Positions 23,459 to 46,583 of a stretch of DNA of 64,000 nt are shown here, piece after piece. The notes under the pieces are model-generated. The model was given only the letters and a program-made list of their open reading frames with translations. It searched no databases and was not told where the DNA came from. Made by a program: the position numbers and the translations under genes. Position 1 is the stretch's first letter, and every line of letters starts with the position of its first letter. Source of the stretch: the human T2T-CHM13v2.0 reference genome, Homo sapiens; the NCBI RefSeq assembly GCF_009914755.1, contig NC_060940.1; one strand, 5' to 3'.

Positions 23459-24204
23459 TAAAAATACAAAAATTAGCCAGCTGTGGTGGCATGTACCTTT
23501 AATCTCAGCCACTCAGAAGGCCGAGGCAGGAGAATCGCTTGAACCCGGGAGGAGGAGATTGCAGTGAGCCGAGATCCAGTTCGTGCCACTGCACTCCAGC
23601 CTGGGCGACAGAGCGAGACTGTCTCAAAAAAAAAAAAAAAAAAAAAAAAAGGGCCCCAGGACTTCAGAAAGGGGTGAGTGGTCTGGCTTCTTTCGCAGAT
23701 ATGGGCAGGGTCGAGAAGGTATGTGAAGGGCAGGGGCAGGGACAGAGGGACAGGAAGGTTGGGAACTGATTCTGAAGACGCCTGCAGTCCGTGGAGCCAT
23801 GAGAGCTGCATTTTGCTCCTTAAGCAGGGGACTGACGTGATCAGATTTGGACAAAAACAAAAAGTACTAATGAATAATTCAAAGTCTTATCTCCCGGTGT
23901 CAAATGGGTAGTAGAAACACTGTTGCCGTGAATAATGTATAGAGCCCTTTTAAAGGGAAAAAGGTCTCAGGGACCCCAAGAGAACATCTGCAGACATCCA
24001 GGGCTCCCCAGACCCATTTGGGCAAACCCTGGAGCAGCCAGAATTGCCCCAAGAGTTCAAGCAGCCAGATTCATGAGCCCTTGAGCAAAGCCTCGAAGGT
24101 CAGACTGGCCTCAGGTGAGCTATCAGAGTGGGCAGGAAAGCATAATGGGAGGACACAGCAAGGGCAGAGGCCAGGAGGCTGGGAGGCTGGGGGAGGAGGA
24201 GTGA

Positions 24205-30780
<6,576 letters not shown>

Positions 30781-32526
30781 CTCAAGCCTTTTCAAGAACT
30801 GAGGCCTGTGTGTCACACAATTTATTCAGGGCTGGTTCTGTTTGGGGACACTGTCTGCAAGCCAGGCACTGTGCTAGGCACACATCCAGCATCCCTATAA
30901 AGGAGATGAGGATTTTCTCACTGGATGCTGAGATTCACTGAGGTTAACTGACTTCTCCATGACTACACAACTGTGAAGTTCTGGGGCCACGACTCAAACC
31001 CAAGTCGACCTGAAACAAGTTCCCAGCTGAGACAGCCCAGGTGTTGGGCCTGGGGCTATGGATTACAGTTTTTCTTTTATGTCAGAGCAGTTCTGATTCG
31101 GCTCAATGCCAGAAATTATTTACGGTTCCAAGTGTGGGGAGAGCCATCTGGTACAGTGGCTGGTTTGAGGCTGTTCTTGATGATGATTCCTATGAGGACT
31201 CAGCACCAGCAGCAGGCAATGTTTGCTGAACTCCCCTTTGTGGCTAGGACTGTACTATCCATAGGCATCAGGGAGAAACCTGCTCCTAGGGGGAAAAAAC
31301 TCCCAGCATTGTCCTAGTTATGACAAATTCACCAATTCACAGTGCTTATTTCCTCTGGGGCAGGGATTGTGAGGGGGAAGAGAAGGTGGGGCAGGAGAGA
31401 TAAAACAGAGGCTGAAAGGTACTATCACCAGAGTCCAAATTCCAAGGCTCATAAAAACATGGACCTTTATCAAGCCTCAGAAACCCGGCATGTGAATGTT
31501 CTCAAAGGGTGTTCTGTGGGACCTGGAAGATGCCCACAGTCAAAGACGTGTCAGACCTACCAGTCACCCATAGAACAAATCAAACCCAAAATCTGTCTAA
31601 TGCAGTGGTTACCAGACTGGGAAAGGGATGGGGGAAGAAAGGATGAGGAAGGCTGGTTGATGGGTATAAAGTGACAATTAGATAGGAGGAGTAAGTTCTG
31701 GTATTCTATCACATAGTAGGATGACTATGGTTAACAGTAACGTATTGGGCCGGGCGCAGTGGCTCACGCCTGTAATCCCAACACTTTGGGAGGCCCAGAC
31801 AGGTGGATCGCTTGAGTTCAGGAATTTGGGACCACCCTGGACAACATAGTGAACCTCATCTCTACAAAAAAATACAAAAATTAGCCAGGCATGGTGACAT
31901 GCACCTGTAGTCCCAGTTACTTGGGAGGTAAGGTGGAAGGCTCACTTGAGCCCAGGTTAAGGCTGCAGTGAGCCATGATTGCACCACTGCACTCTAGCTT
32001 GGGTGGCAGAGCGAGACAGTCTCAACATAAATAAATAAAATAAAATATACCTTCTCGACACCCACATATTTTCTATATACAAAGCTTAAACAGTGACAGT
32101 GTTGTGTCCTATATACTCCAAAGTTTAATTCCAGGCTAGCATTTGTTAGATGATTTTGAATAGGTAAAAAACAGATTCACAAACTGTGCCAAATATTTTA
32201 AATATCAAGGGCAGATGTTAACAGGCCACAGCTGCACTCCCACTCTTTAAAATAAATTATTGCCCTAAAAAGGCATATAAATTGTTGAACTCTTCCCAGA
32301 ACAAAAACTTACATGCTTCACATTAGGTTTGCCTTTTCTAGCAGAACTTTAAATAGTTCTTTGAAGATCCTGCTTGGGTGAGATTTGTGGGGAGGCAGGG
32401 CAGGGAGGATGGAGGAGCTTGATGATCACTTAGGAATGTCAGTTAATTCAGTTCTACACAAGAAATAAGTTTGTTACAGAACATTACCCATGAAAATATC
32501 TTGTCATTAAATGAATTTTTACATAG

Positions 32527-32688
<162 letters not shown>

Positions 32689-33008
32689 TGACCAGCTAAT
32701 TTTTGTATTTTTAGTAGAGACGGAGTTTCACCATGTTGGTCAGGCTGGTCTTGAACTCCTGACAACTTCGTGATCCACCCACCTTGGCCTCCCAAAGTGC
32801 TGGGATTACAGGCGTGAGCCACCACGCCTGGCCAGTTTTTTGTATTTTTAGTAGAGATGGGGTTTCATCATGTTGGCCAGGCTGCTGTCAAACTCTTGAC
32901 CTCAGGTGATCCACCCCTCATTGGCCTCCCAAAGTGCTGGGATTACAGGCATAAGCCACCGTGCCTGGCCAGGAATTTTTTTTTTTTTTTTTTTTTTTTT
33001 GACAGTGA

Positions 33009-33301
<293 letters not shown>

Positions 33302-35599
33302 TAACAAGGTTAGAAACATTTGAAAGGTTAGGCTTGTCCCATCTGAAATACTGCCCAAGGTTGGGGAAAGGAGTTCTTGACCCACACAGAATCCACCCCC
33401 AATTCCTGGCCTCAAACCCCTGCTTTCTCCTCTCCTTTCCGGCTGTGAGTCCCTCAGCGTCAAGCGCAGGGAGACACTTTCGGCCGTCTCACTGTGAGCC
33501 AGCAGGGTGTGCTGTTCATCTCCAGTGGGAGTGTCAGCCGCTTCCTTCCTCCAGCTCTCACCATCACTGCTACTGGCCTGTCATCTGTCTCCTGGTCAGA
33601 ACACACCATCTCTGCCTTATCAATACAGACGGCATCAAGACAGCACTTGGCATCCTTTCGGCTATCTGCAAGCCTTGCAGGGTAAGGAATACAATACTAA
33701 ATACCTCAGAACTCGGTTGTGGCATCCTGTAGGAGCAGCACCAGGCATCATCACAGTGAACGGTCACAGGATATCCATCCCTCTACGCTCTGTTGTCTTT
33801 AGAGATGGTATTTACACCACAAACTGAAATGCCACAACCAAAAAGGGTAGGGGCTAAGAATGAGGTTGCTGGATCAGTGTTACTCAGAGATGACGTCCTA
33901 GAGATGTTTTCAAGGTCATTAATCACACTGAAGACCTACCATATGCCAGGCACATGTGTACCTCCTCTAATGTCCACAATGACTAGAAAGAAATTTTATC
34001 CCTACTTTACAAAGATGGGAAAAGGAGGCCTGAGAGGGGTGAAGTTCCCCAATTTTGGTTGTTTTCTTGTTTTGCTTCTTGATCAATTTCTCATCCATCT
34101 GAACTGCACTTGCTTGATTCAAATGTCACCAGAGAATGAACTAGGACTGGAACCCATTAGTGCCCATGCCCTCCCCAACATTCCAACTGCCTCCCTCCAC
34201 GGGTTGCTCCCAATCCAGAGGTGGCAGAAGAGGAATTCCAGAGAGGTTAGTGGTGTGTGTAAGGGCCCCTAAGGCAGGTCTAGAGGCAGGCCAGCCTGCT
34301 AGCCTCACAGGCACACCTAGGAACATTTGCACTGGTGAAAGTCTGTCTCAGAGCCTGCCAAGGGCTCCTGCCGCAGGCAACACCTAAAGCTCTTCATACC
34401 TTAAGAGAAAGGAAATTCCAAGATTAGGAGTGGCAGACACCTCAATTTGCGTTTCCCAGAAAGATACCTGCGACTGCAGCCCCTTCTCCCTTTGTAGAGG
34501 ATATTGGGTACTTTATCTGCCATTTCTCTCCACCTAGCAAGAGTGACTCTTCCATCCATCATGGCAAGGGGAAAAGGTTGAACAGCAGCACACAGCTGCT
34601 TACGACCACAGATGAAAACACTCTCGATTGATACATTTTCCCCATCTGCTTTATTATTTATTTTTTTGAGACGCAGTCTCACTCTGTCGCCCAGGCTGGA
34701 GTGCAGTGATGCGATCTCGGCTCACTGAAACCTCCGCCTCCCAGGTTCAAGTGATTCTCCTGTCTCAGCCTCCTGAGTAACTGGGACTACGGGCTTGTGC
34801 CACCATGCCTGGCTAATTTTTGTATTTTTAGTAGAGATGGGGTTTTACCATGTTGGCCAGGCTGGTCTCGAACTCCTGACCTCGTGATCTGCCCACTTCA
34901 GCTTCCCAAAGTGCTGGGATTACAGATGTAAGCCACCGTGTGCAGGCCCCCAACTGCTTTAAATGAGCACAGAGTATCAGCATACCACCATGATTAGCTG
35001 AAACTCAAGCTAGACTGCCTGGGTTCAAATTCTGGGACCTTAGTAGCTACTTACCTTATCCATGTCTTAATTTCCTCAATCTGGAAACTAAGATGGACAT
35101 CAGCAGAGTTGTTGTGAAGTTTAAATCAGTTTGTATAAACCACCTAGAAGAGTGACTGGTGGCTGGGCGCCATGGTTCACACCTGTAATCCTAGCACTCT
35201 GGGAGGCGGAGGCGGGCGGATCACCTGAGGTCAGGAGTTCCAGACCAGTCTGGCCAATATAGTGAAACCTCGTCTCTACTAAAAATACAAAAATTAGCCA
35301 GGCGTAGTGGCGTGCATCTTTAGTCCCAGCTACTCGGGAGGCTGAGGCAGGGAGAATCGCTTGAACCCAGGAGGCAGAGGTTGCAGCGAGCCGAGATTGT
35401 GCCACTGCACTCCAGCCTGGGCGACAGAGCGAGACTGCATCTCAAAAATAAAATAAAATAAAATAAAAATAAAATAAATAAAAATAGAAGTGACTGGTAT
35501 ACAGCAATCTCTAATGTAAGCGTTTACTATTACAATGTTAATGCCCGTATTATCAAATAAAATAATCCTCAACACATTTATTCACCAAACTTCCTAACT

Positions 35600-36900
<1,301 letters not shown>

Positions 36901-37212
36901 AAAACCAGGCTGGGTGTGGTGGCTCACACCTATAACTCCAGCACTTTGGGAGGCCAAGGCGGGAGAACCACTGGAGGCCAGGAGTTCAAGACCAGACTTG
37001 ACAACCCCCAGCTCTAAAAAATAAGATAAAATAAATATGGCTTTACAATGTTATTCTTTCCAGAATTTCTGACAATTTCAAGTGAGACAGGTAAACATTT
37101 TTAGTTATGTGATCAGATACCCCATATGATTAGCAGAAAATTCAATGTATCTCCAGTGGGATGATTCACCATAAAGAAAGCCACCAAAACTTGTAAGCAG
37201 TCTGGATTCGTG

Positions 37213-37218
37213 TTTATT
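37213..37218 (-). terminator. Distal polyadenylation signal AATAAA of DYNC1LI2
   Basis: TTTATT on the plus strand at the edge of the repeat-free block, followed on the minus strand by a GU/U-rich downstream element (GTTTTGGTGGCTTTCTTT). Confidence 0.75.
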
Positions 37219-37769
37219 GAAGCCAGTAATTAGAGACATCTTTTTTTCCCAGGACTAGAAAGCAAGGTTCCACATGACTGCATACTGCACCCGGACAGAG
37301 CCACACCCCTGGACTAAGGCTGGTGGGGGATAATCTGCAGTCTTACTTTTAAGTTAGAAACACCAATAAATTTAGTATACAGACGACAGTGAACTTTCAC
37401 TTACAGCATTAACATTGTTAAGGTCATGATGTACAGAGCAGTCACTTTCAACTTTGTTAAATTAATAAAACATGACAATGTCTTCAGTTTAAATACCGAT
37501 TTTAAAATGCCAATCAAAAAAAAGTGCAAACAAAATAACAATCTAGCAGCATTATCTGTTGCATTTTTAGGAAAGACCAATTCTTGGCTGTTATCTTCAG
37601 CCACGTATTCAAAGGTGGGCTTTTCTCTGATTTTTTTTTTTATTTTAAAGACAAAAAGCAGATGTAACCATTATAATGTGCATAAATAGTCATAAAATTG
37701 TCTTTAACAGTCTACCATACAAGTGTACTCTGCAAATAAAATGAATTTTACTTTAAAAACTAAAGGCTG

Positions 37770-37775
37770 TTTATT
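37770..37775 (-). terminator. Candidate proximal polyadenylation signal AATAAA
   Basis: TTTATT on the plus strand, with U-rich sequence downstream on the minus strand. Confidence 0.45.
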
Positions 37776-40019
37776 ATTTGGCCTTTGGTTCCAATGCTTG
37801 AAAACCCCAAAATAACAAAACTCATCTCCCTTCCTCCCACCTCCCAAAAAGAACCCTGCAGCTCCCCAAAGTTGGTAGACTTTGGCAACCACTGAGCACA
37901 TGACACTATGTATCAGCTTCTTCTGATACTAGGAGCTTCCACTTCTCATGAGTAAATAAAAGTGGTCTCCAAGAAACCTTCCTTCACAAGACATGTCTTA
38001 GCATTTCATCAGTTTTAGTATATTTTATATTGACACAAAAAGTGCTTATCAGTTCAAATGATAAAAAATAAAGACAAATTAAAATTTTGCATTAAAATTT
38101 AAAATTATACCATATTCCTCTTCGGCATGTGCCTTTCCAGGAATTCTTGTTTCTGAGGTCACTCATTTTACTCCCGGGGACTAAGCGACCCCACCTTTAG
38201 TGAGGCCACAAGCTGTTTGGCATCTATTGGTCACTATACCACAATTATCATTCTACAGTCAGTTTACTGTCATTACCTAGACAACCTGGTAACTGGAAGC
38301 CACAATACATTTGTTTTTTTAAAAAACTGAATTAAAAAAGGAAAAAAATAGTATATCTCAACAATAAAACTGGCACAAGAAACATTTCTATCAGAAAGGC
38401 AAGTTGATACTCAGCTTTCTCCTTAACAGTGTTCAGACCTTTACGAAAGCAATTCAAGAAAGTCTTCAAAGAGTCTTGACACAACATAGGATATTAAGTT
38501 ATCCCCAGTACTACATTAGTGGTCAGTCAAATCTGGTATGTAAAAGTAATGACATTAGGGAAGTTATGCTTAGACACAGTACAACAAACATTCATATAAA
38601 AAAAGTAAACTCCACATGGTGAACTGTGGTTTTTTCCCTTGGTTTGACAACATTTTATACATTAAATTCATGGTAGTGTTTGCATTTAAATGCTGTCATA
38701 TATAAAATTAAAAGTGCAATTTCAAATCCACAGAAATCATTTCCAGAATGGTGGTATAACATGACAATGTGCATGAATTTGCCCTAGGTGGGGAGACACC
38801 TGAAACTCTTATTTCCATAAGAAAAAAAATGCTACATTTTATGAAAACACCTAACAAGAGAAATGTATCATTTCCATTTTCTGTATAAAACATTCACACT
38901 TATCTGTCCATCTCATAGCACTGATCAGACCAGGAAGCTAGGAAAAGACCCTTTTGCATCAGTGGAACTCCTTGAAGCTTTCCACAAGTCATAAGGCAGG
39001 GCTTGGTACGAGCCAATTAACCAGAGTGCAATTACATTAAAAACCTCCCCCAAACTTTCCGTGGCACATTGCATTATGGTAAAACCAGAGGTTCATCACC
39101 TATTTTGTATTAGTTAGGCCAGCCTGTGATAGTAAAAACAAAAAATTTAATTTAAAAAATAAAGCAGGAGCTATTTAGACAACAAAATTCAAAGTAAACT
39201 AATTCTGTAACTGCTGACTTTGAAGACATCCCACAGTGACTGTCTGCCCCACAACACATATCCGTGGACCCCAGTACCTCTCACGAGGACATAGCCTGGG
39301 CCAAGCACATGGGTCCTGGGCAGCTGCCATCGTTCCCACCCCTGGGTCAGCTCCGCCTGACTCAGGCACCCCCACAATTAGTACATCTTTCGTAAGTTAA
39401 AGATGCATTCAAAATAAGCCTAATTCCCATTTTGCTTAGTGTTTTGTTTGGAAATGCTTCTAACAATGATTCTTCAACTTCTACTGAATGCACAGTATTT
39501 ACTGACACTGCTCATCTCCTCCTTCCTCCACCTCCCTCAACATTCAGCTTCCCCACCATCACTTGTCTCATTACTCCTTCTGGTCTTTCTTTCCTGGACT
39601 TTCTGCTACTTAATCTGCTTCCCAAGAACAAGTGAATTTACTAACATGAAACTGGTCAGACTAACCATCATCTTACCAATGATTTCTTGGTCTCATTTGC
39701 TCCACCCTGTTAGAAAGTGGGCCCTCTTTCTTTCACTCTACCTTCCCCTCCACAAGAAGCCCAGATGTGCTTGCCTCCCACAAAAGAGCCACATGCCCCA
39801 GAGTCCAAGGGTTATCCTTAACAAAGGGTCTGACATGTAACCTTCCTAAATGTGCATTTCACACTCGGACAAGCCAATGAAGTTTTTTTTTTTTTTTTAA
39901 AGTTCATCTCCCCTGCCCCAAAAAACTGATAGCATGTGCCATATCAGAAAAATCCTGGTCTTAGCAGATCAATATACATAGTTATTTGGTCATTCGACAT
40001 ATGCACTTTTTAAGGAGGT

Positions 40020-40310
<291 letters not shown>

Positions 40311-41567
40311 TCACAGGCCAGTGCTTCCTCCAACTCCAAGGGAGTGACTTGACTGCTCTCTGGCGGGGGGTGCCTTTGTGCCAAATACAAGAACCTTTCT
40401 GAAAACCCTCTCACCACCCAACCCTGACCCCTGTGCACTCTCACCACCATCTTCCTAGAGGTAGTACCTGAATTTCAGCAACGAAGGAAACTATTTTCTT
40501 TGCCCCAGATAGGTGTTTTTGTTTATAACATTCTAGACTGACTCAAATGGATAGCCTGAAAACATTATGTTTCAATAAGAATAAGATAGTTCAGTCCTGC
40601 ACAAAATCTATACTTGTATTTTTCTGCTGTCAGACACGAACAGGCCTAGAAATAGACACCTATTTCCCAGAAGGGAATACTACCAGCCCAGAGTCTGGGC
40701 CACTAGACCAGACTCTGAGTTTCTTAGAACATAGGAGCCACTGGAGGCCCAGGCTGCCCCAAGTGATTTCCTGAGGGTCTCCTCTGCCCTGAAGACATCA
40801 ATTAGGGAAAACAATGTATAAACATACCTTATAGCCAATGGAAAATGGAAAGCAAAAACCCCTTAAAATGTCCTCCAGCTTCTTGGGAAAATGTGTAATT
40901 CCCAAGGAAAACATGTTTTGTTTTGTTTCAGAGATCTCCAAGACATAGACCCGCCCTACCTGCTTACATGGAAGGACAGGTGGGTGGCTGCCACAGAGGT
41001 GTGTATGTGACAAGTAGGGAGCTTCAGGGAGGAGGAGGCCTTGACTCTGCAGTGAGACAGTGAGGGTTCACAGCCAAACTGGGGGCAGTGGAGTAAACAA
41101 AAATCCTTACAAAGCATCACAGAAAAAAAAATAGAACAAATAAAACATCACTGGTTCAGAACAACTAAGGCTTTAGTATAATTTTAAAAAATTAAAAGTA
41201 GGCCAGGTGCACTAATCCCAGCACTTTGGGAGGCCAAGGCAGGTGGATCACCTGAGGTCAGGAGTTCGAGAACAGCCTGGCCAACATGGCGAAAAACCGT
41301 CTCTACTAAAAATACAAAAAAATTAGCCGGATGTGGTGGCGCGTGCCTGTAGTCCCAGCTACTCGGGAGGCTGAGGCAAGAGAATTGCTTGAACCCGGGT
41401 GGTGGAGGTTGGCAGTGAGTTGAGATCATGCCACTGTACTCCAGCCTGGGCGACAGAGCAAGACTCCATCTCTATCAAAAAAAAAAAAAAAGTCAGCCGC
41501 AGACGGTGGCTCACACCTGTAATCCCAGCACTTTGGGAGGCCAAGATGGAGGGATCACCTGGGGTCA

Positions 41568-41726
<159 letters not shown>

Positions 41727-42084
41727 TCACGTCATTGCACTCCAGCCTGGGCAACAAGAGCAAAACTCCACCTTGGAAAAAGAAAAAAAAAGTCACTGGT
41801 ACACCCTCCATGGACCATGACTTCTACTGGAGAGGTTCTACAACAGGGCCACATATGTAATTTAGGCTATACCTCAACTCACCCAACACCCAGTTCCCGA
41901 GAACCCAAATGTACACAAATCCCACTCTCAATGTGCCAAGGAAACCTGCATGGTAGTAAGGCAATCCCACTGAAAGCACGGCACACTGCTCAGTAGGAAA
42001 TGAAGACCTGCTTCCTTGCTTGGCTATTCAGGACACTGCAGGGTCTGCAGGGCAGGTGTCTGCCTCTCCATCCTTGCAGCACTA

Positions 42085-42252
<168 letters not shown>

Positions 42253-42883
42253 TTAAAGAGAAAAAAAAGCATCATATAAACTGGAAGACTTAAAATTAAA
42301 CACCCTAGTTCTCAGCTTGGCATTAGCCACTTGTGGCTATCAGCTTCCTAGGATATTGATAACATTCATTCGCTACGATGCCTTTACACTGCTACTGCTG
42401 AGGCTACTTAGCATGATTACTAAGTGGAACCATGTTTACATTTCCCACTTGTTTGGGAGCAGAATAGATAACCTGTGCTCCACACCACCTCCCCGTCCAT
42501 GAGACAGTGTTTTTCAAAGTTGCATGAGCACTTAACATTCCAAACCTGCTGTGAAAAGCTCACATCCTGAATAGAAGACACCCATCAAACAAGCATTAAA
42601 TAAAACTGTTTTTTAATGATTTTACTGCAGGCAGTATCTGTGAGTATCACTAAGTTACTGGGATAAAAGCTACTTAATCTGAAAAGTAATTGAGCTTGAC
42701 AAGAGAAGTGAAGGGGGAAAAATCCCCACAATTCATAGACAGTCATCATATAAACATAATGAGAAACAAAGTTACAGATTCAAAATACACATTTTAAAGT
42801 GACTCCCTCAGCCAGGGGTGGTGGCTCACGCCTGTAATCCCATCACTTGGGGAGACCAAGGGCGTAGGACTGCTTGAGGCTAG

Positions 42884-43231
<348 letters not shown>

Positions 43232-43985
43232 TGAAACAGTCTCTCACTCTGTCACCCTGGCTGGAGCATGGTGGCATAATCACAGCTCAACTGCAGCCTC
43301 AATGCCCTGGGCCCAAGCAATCCTGCCGCTTCATCCACTTGAGTAGATGGGACTACAGGCAAGCACCATCATGCCCAGCTAATTTTTCAATATTCTGTAG
43401 AGGCGAGGTCTCACTATGTTGCCCGGGCTAGTCTCGAACTCTTTAGCTCAAGCTATCCTCCCACCTTGGCCTCCCAGAGTACTAGGATTATAGGCATGAG
43501 CCACTGCATCTGGCCTACAATAAAAATTTTAAAAATTAGCTGGGCATGGTGGCACACGCCTATAGTCCCAGCTACTCCAGAGTTGACATGGGAGGATCAC
43601 TTGAGCCCAGGAGTTTGAGGCTGCAGTGTGCTATGATCGTATCACTGTGCCACAGGCTGGGTGACAGAGTGAGACCCTGTCTCTAAAAAAATAAAGTTAC
43701 TATTTTGCATTCCTCTCTGAAGGAATGAGCAGGGCCTAAGTGAGGTCTCACACAGAGCCAGGTGCATGGGCTACCAATTCTAACAAAGGAACAGGCCCTG
43801 GTCTCTGCCTACCATGGACCTTCTTCCTCTGGAATGGGGGAAATGGAAAGTAGCCCTTATCGGGGAAGAGAATAGCCTGGCTTCCATGAGTCTCCACCTT
43901 ATAGACTCAGCCACCCAGCCCCTGCAGGGCTCAGGTCTAAAACTAAACTACTCTCCAAAGAGACATACTTTTGAGGAATACATAC

Positions 43986-44103
43986 TTTTGATGTTTGGGT
44001 CCGGCTTTTTTACTGACGTGCCTGGGGAGGAGCTAGGCACACTGGCTGGCCCTCCCCGACCCTGGGTCCTTGGAGAGCCAGAGGGTCCTCTTGCAGGAGA
44101 TTC
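43986..44103 (-). CDS. DYNC1LI2: DYNC1LI2 exon 11, 118 nt
   Basis: Encodes [39 protein letters not shown](N). Acceptor CTTAG|GA; donor AAA|GTATGT. Confidence 0.95.
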
Positions 44104-44498
44104 CTAAGTCCAAAAGCAGCTAAGGTCACACACAGGCATAACAATAACAAAAAATACATATGCCACAAATGGAGACATGCTTCTGAGGGATATTTTTCAC
44201 AGGCTATGGTACAGGACTGGGAGTATGCTCTCAATTCAAGCCCTTTCTGGCTCTCTTTCTCCTGAGAGAAAGACATCCAGATAACAAAGCCAGCTCACTC
44301 TAATTCCCAGAGTTGTATTCTTTCATCAGAAACTTCTTGAGTTTCTTTTATGTTTCTGGTCATGGGTCTTTAGGGAAACCAAATTCCCACTGAAAATACA
44401 AAACCCACACAAATATACGCTCTCACAAATAATGGTATAAAGTTTGATGACACCCACAACACTGGGCCTTGACCCTCTGTTTAGTGTAAGGTACTCAC

Positions 44499-44540
44499 AG
44501 AAGCTCTCGTGGGAGTGGCTGGTTGCTTGGCAAGGAGTGA
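44499..44540 (-). CDS. DYNC1LI2: DYNC1LI2 exon 10, 42 nt
   Basis: Encodes SLLAKQPATPTRAS. Acceptor TTGCAG|TC; donor TCT|GTGAGT. Confidence 0.95.
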
Positions 44541-45337
44541 CTGCAAAGAGAGGGACAAACTGGCTATTAACCAAGGCCTGCAGAGAGCACTGAAGGTCTA
44601 GAGAAAAACTTACTCCAAGTACTCCACTAGAGGGCACTATTAACAACAACTAAGTCCTATGTTTTATACCACAGATGCCAAAAAATTTTAATTGAGCCGT
44701 TTGGTATATGGTGAAAAAAAATACTCCAAGTAACCAGTTTTGAAGCTAAGGAAGCAAGCAAAGGACAGAAAGGAAAAAGATGGAAAAAGAAGGAAACAGT
44801 TGGAAAAAGAACCATCAAAACTTCCTGCTGACCTGCCTGTACCACTGGGCAGATGATAGGTGGACCCAGGACACATCTAACAATAATCTGGGTGACAGAA
44901 ATGGGAAGTCTGCATTCTAAACTGTCAGCTTGGGGAAGTTACTCTCCTCATCTGCAAAACAGGCATCACCTGCCTTTATGTACAGGGCTGTGTGAGGCTA
45001 CATGAAATAATGGAAGTGTGGTCAGGTTACTTGGTTAACTGTCAACATAGGAAGTATTATGCCAGAAAACCACATTTCCAAAGAAAGAGCACTTAAAAGA
45101 TGCGAATCCTACTATTCCTGTAGGAGAGTCTGCAAGGCAGGTAGGTGATCTCCTAAGGAGGTGGTCCATCCCCAACTAATCCTAGAAATAAGGAGGGAAT
45201 GAGGAGACCTGGTCTCAACCCCTCTACCACTGCAAGCTCTTTGTGACTTCCCACATGCAGACACCCCCAACCCCACCCTAGGGACTGGCATTTCATGCAT
45301 GAGAAGGCCTCTGTTCTAACCTCACTGGTCTTCTTAC

Positions 45338-45397
45338 CTGTTGCTTCATTAGGAACACCTGCTCATCTTCTGCTGCCAACTCTTTGTCGTGGACCAG
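45338..45397 (-). CDS. DYNC1LI2: DYNC1LI2 exon 9, 60 nt
   Basis: Encodes LVHDKELAAEDEQVFLMKQQ. Acceptor TCACAG|CT; donor CAG|GTAAGA. Confidence 0.96.
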
Positions 45398-46062
45398 CTG
45401 TGAAACAACATACATGTTTGTGGCCACAGGCCAAGAATACTCCTAACCACTGTCAAACTTCATGCCGAAAGGAGAGTCCGAGGCTCAGGCTTCAACACAG
45501 GTCTGGGAGATCCCTACTGAGACTGCAGAGTAATATTTTTCTAGCCTGGCACAGACCTCTCCCAAAACCAGCCGCAGCATGTAGCCAACTGGCATTTTTA
45601 AGTCTGGCAGGTTCTAAACACCTCAGGGTCTGCAGGACATCACATGAGGGGATCCAGTAACAGTAATCCAGAGGCAACGGCAGCACTGGCAGGACTTAAT
45701 GGGAAACACCACCAACTCCAGGTGAGCATTCCATCACTCCTTCCCACCAGCCCTGAGCCATTTACATAACGCCAGACCTCATTTAAAGATCAACAAAAAG
45801 GCCCTGGGACTTACTACTCCCCACTACCCCCCACAAACTATACAATGTGTAAGACCTGTTTCTTTATAGTTTTTTTTTTTTTTTTTTTTTTGAGATGGAG
45901 TCTCGCTCTTGTCACCCAGGCTGGAGTACAGTGGCCCGATCTCGGCTCATTACAACCTCCGCCTCCCAGGTTCAAGCAATTCTCCTGCCTCAGCCTCCCA
46001 ACTGCTGGGATTACAGGAATCAGCCACCACGCCCCATCTTTATAGGCTTCTTTTTGCATTAA

Positions 46063-46257
<195 letters not shown>

Positions 46258-46313
46258 TAGTGGAGATGGGGTTTTGCCATGTTCGCCAGGCTGGTCTCAA
46301 ACTCCTGACCTCA

Positions 46314-46583
<270 letters not shown>

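Larger units (their letters stand above)
37190..40019 (-). other. DYNC1LI2: DYNC1LI2 3' UTR (~2.8 kb, Alu-free, AU-rich)
   Basis: Unique sequence from the stop codon to the distal AATAAA at 37213-37218. The 3' end is approximate. Confidence 0.8.
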
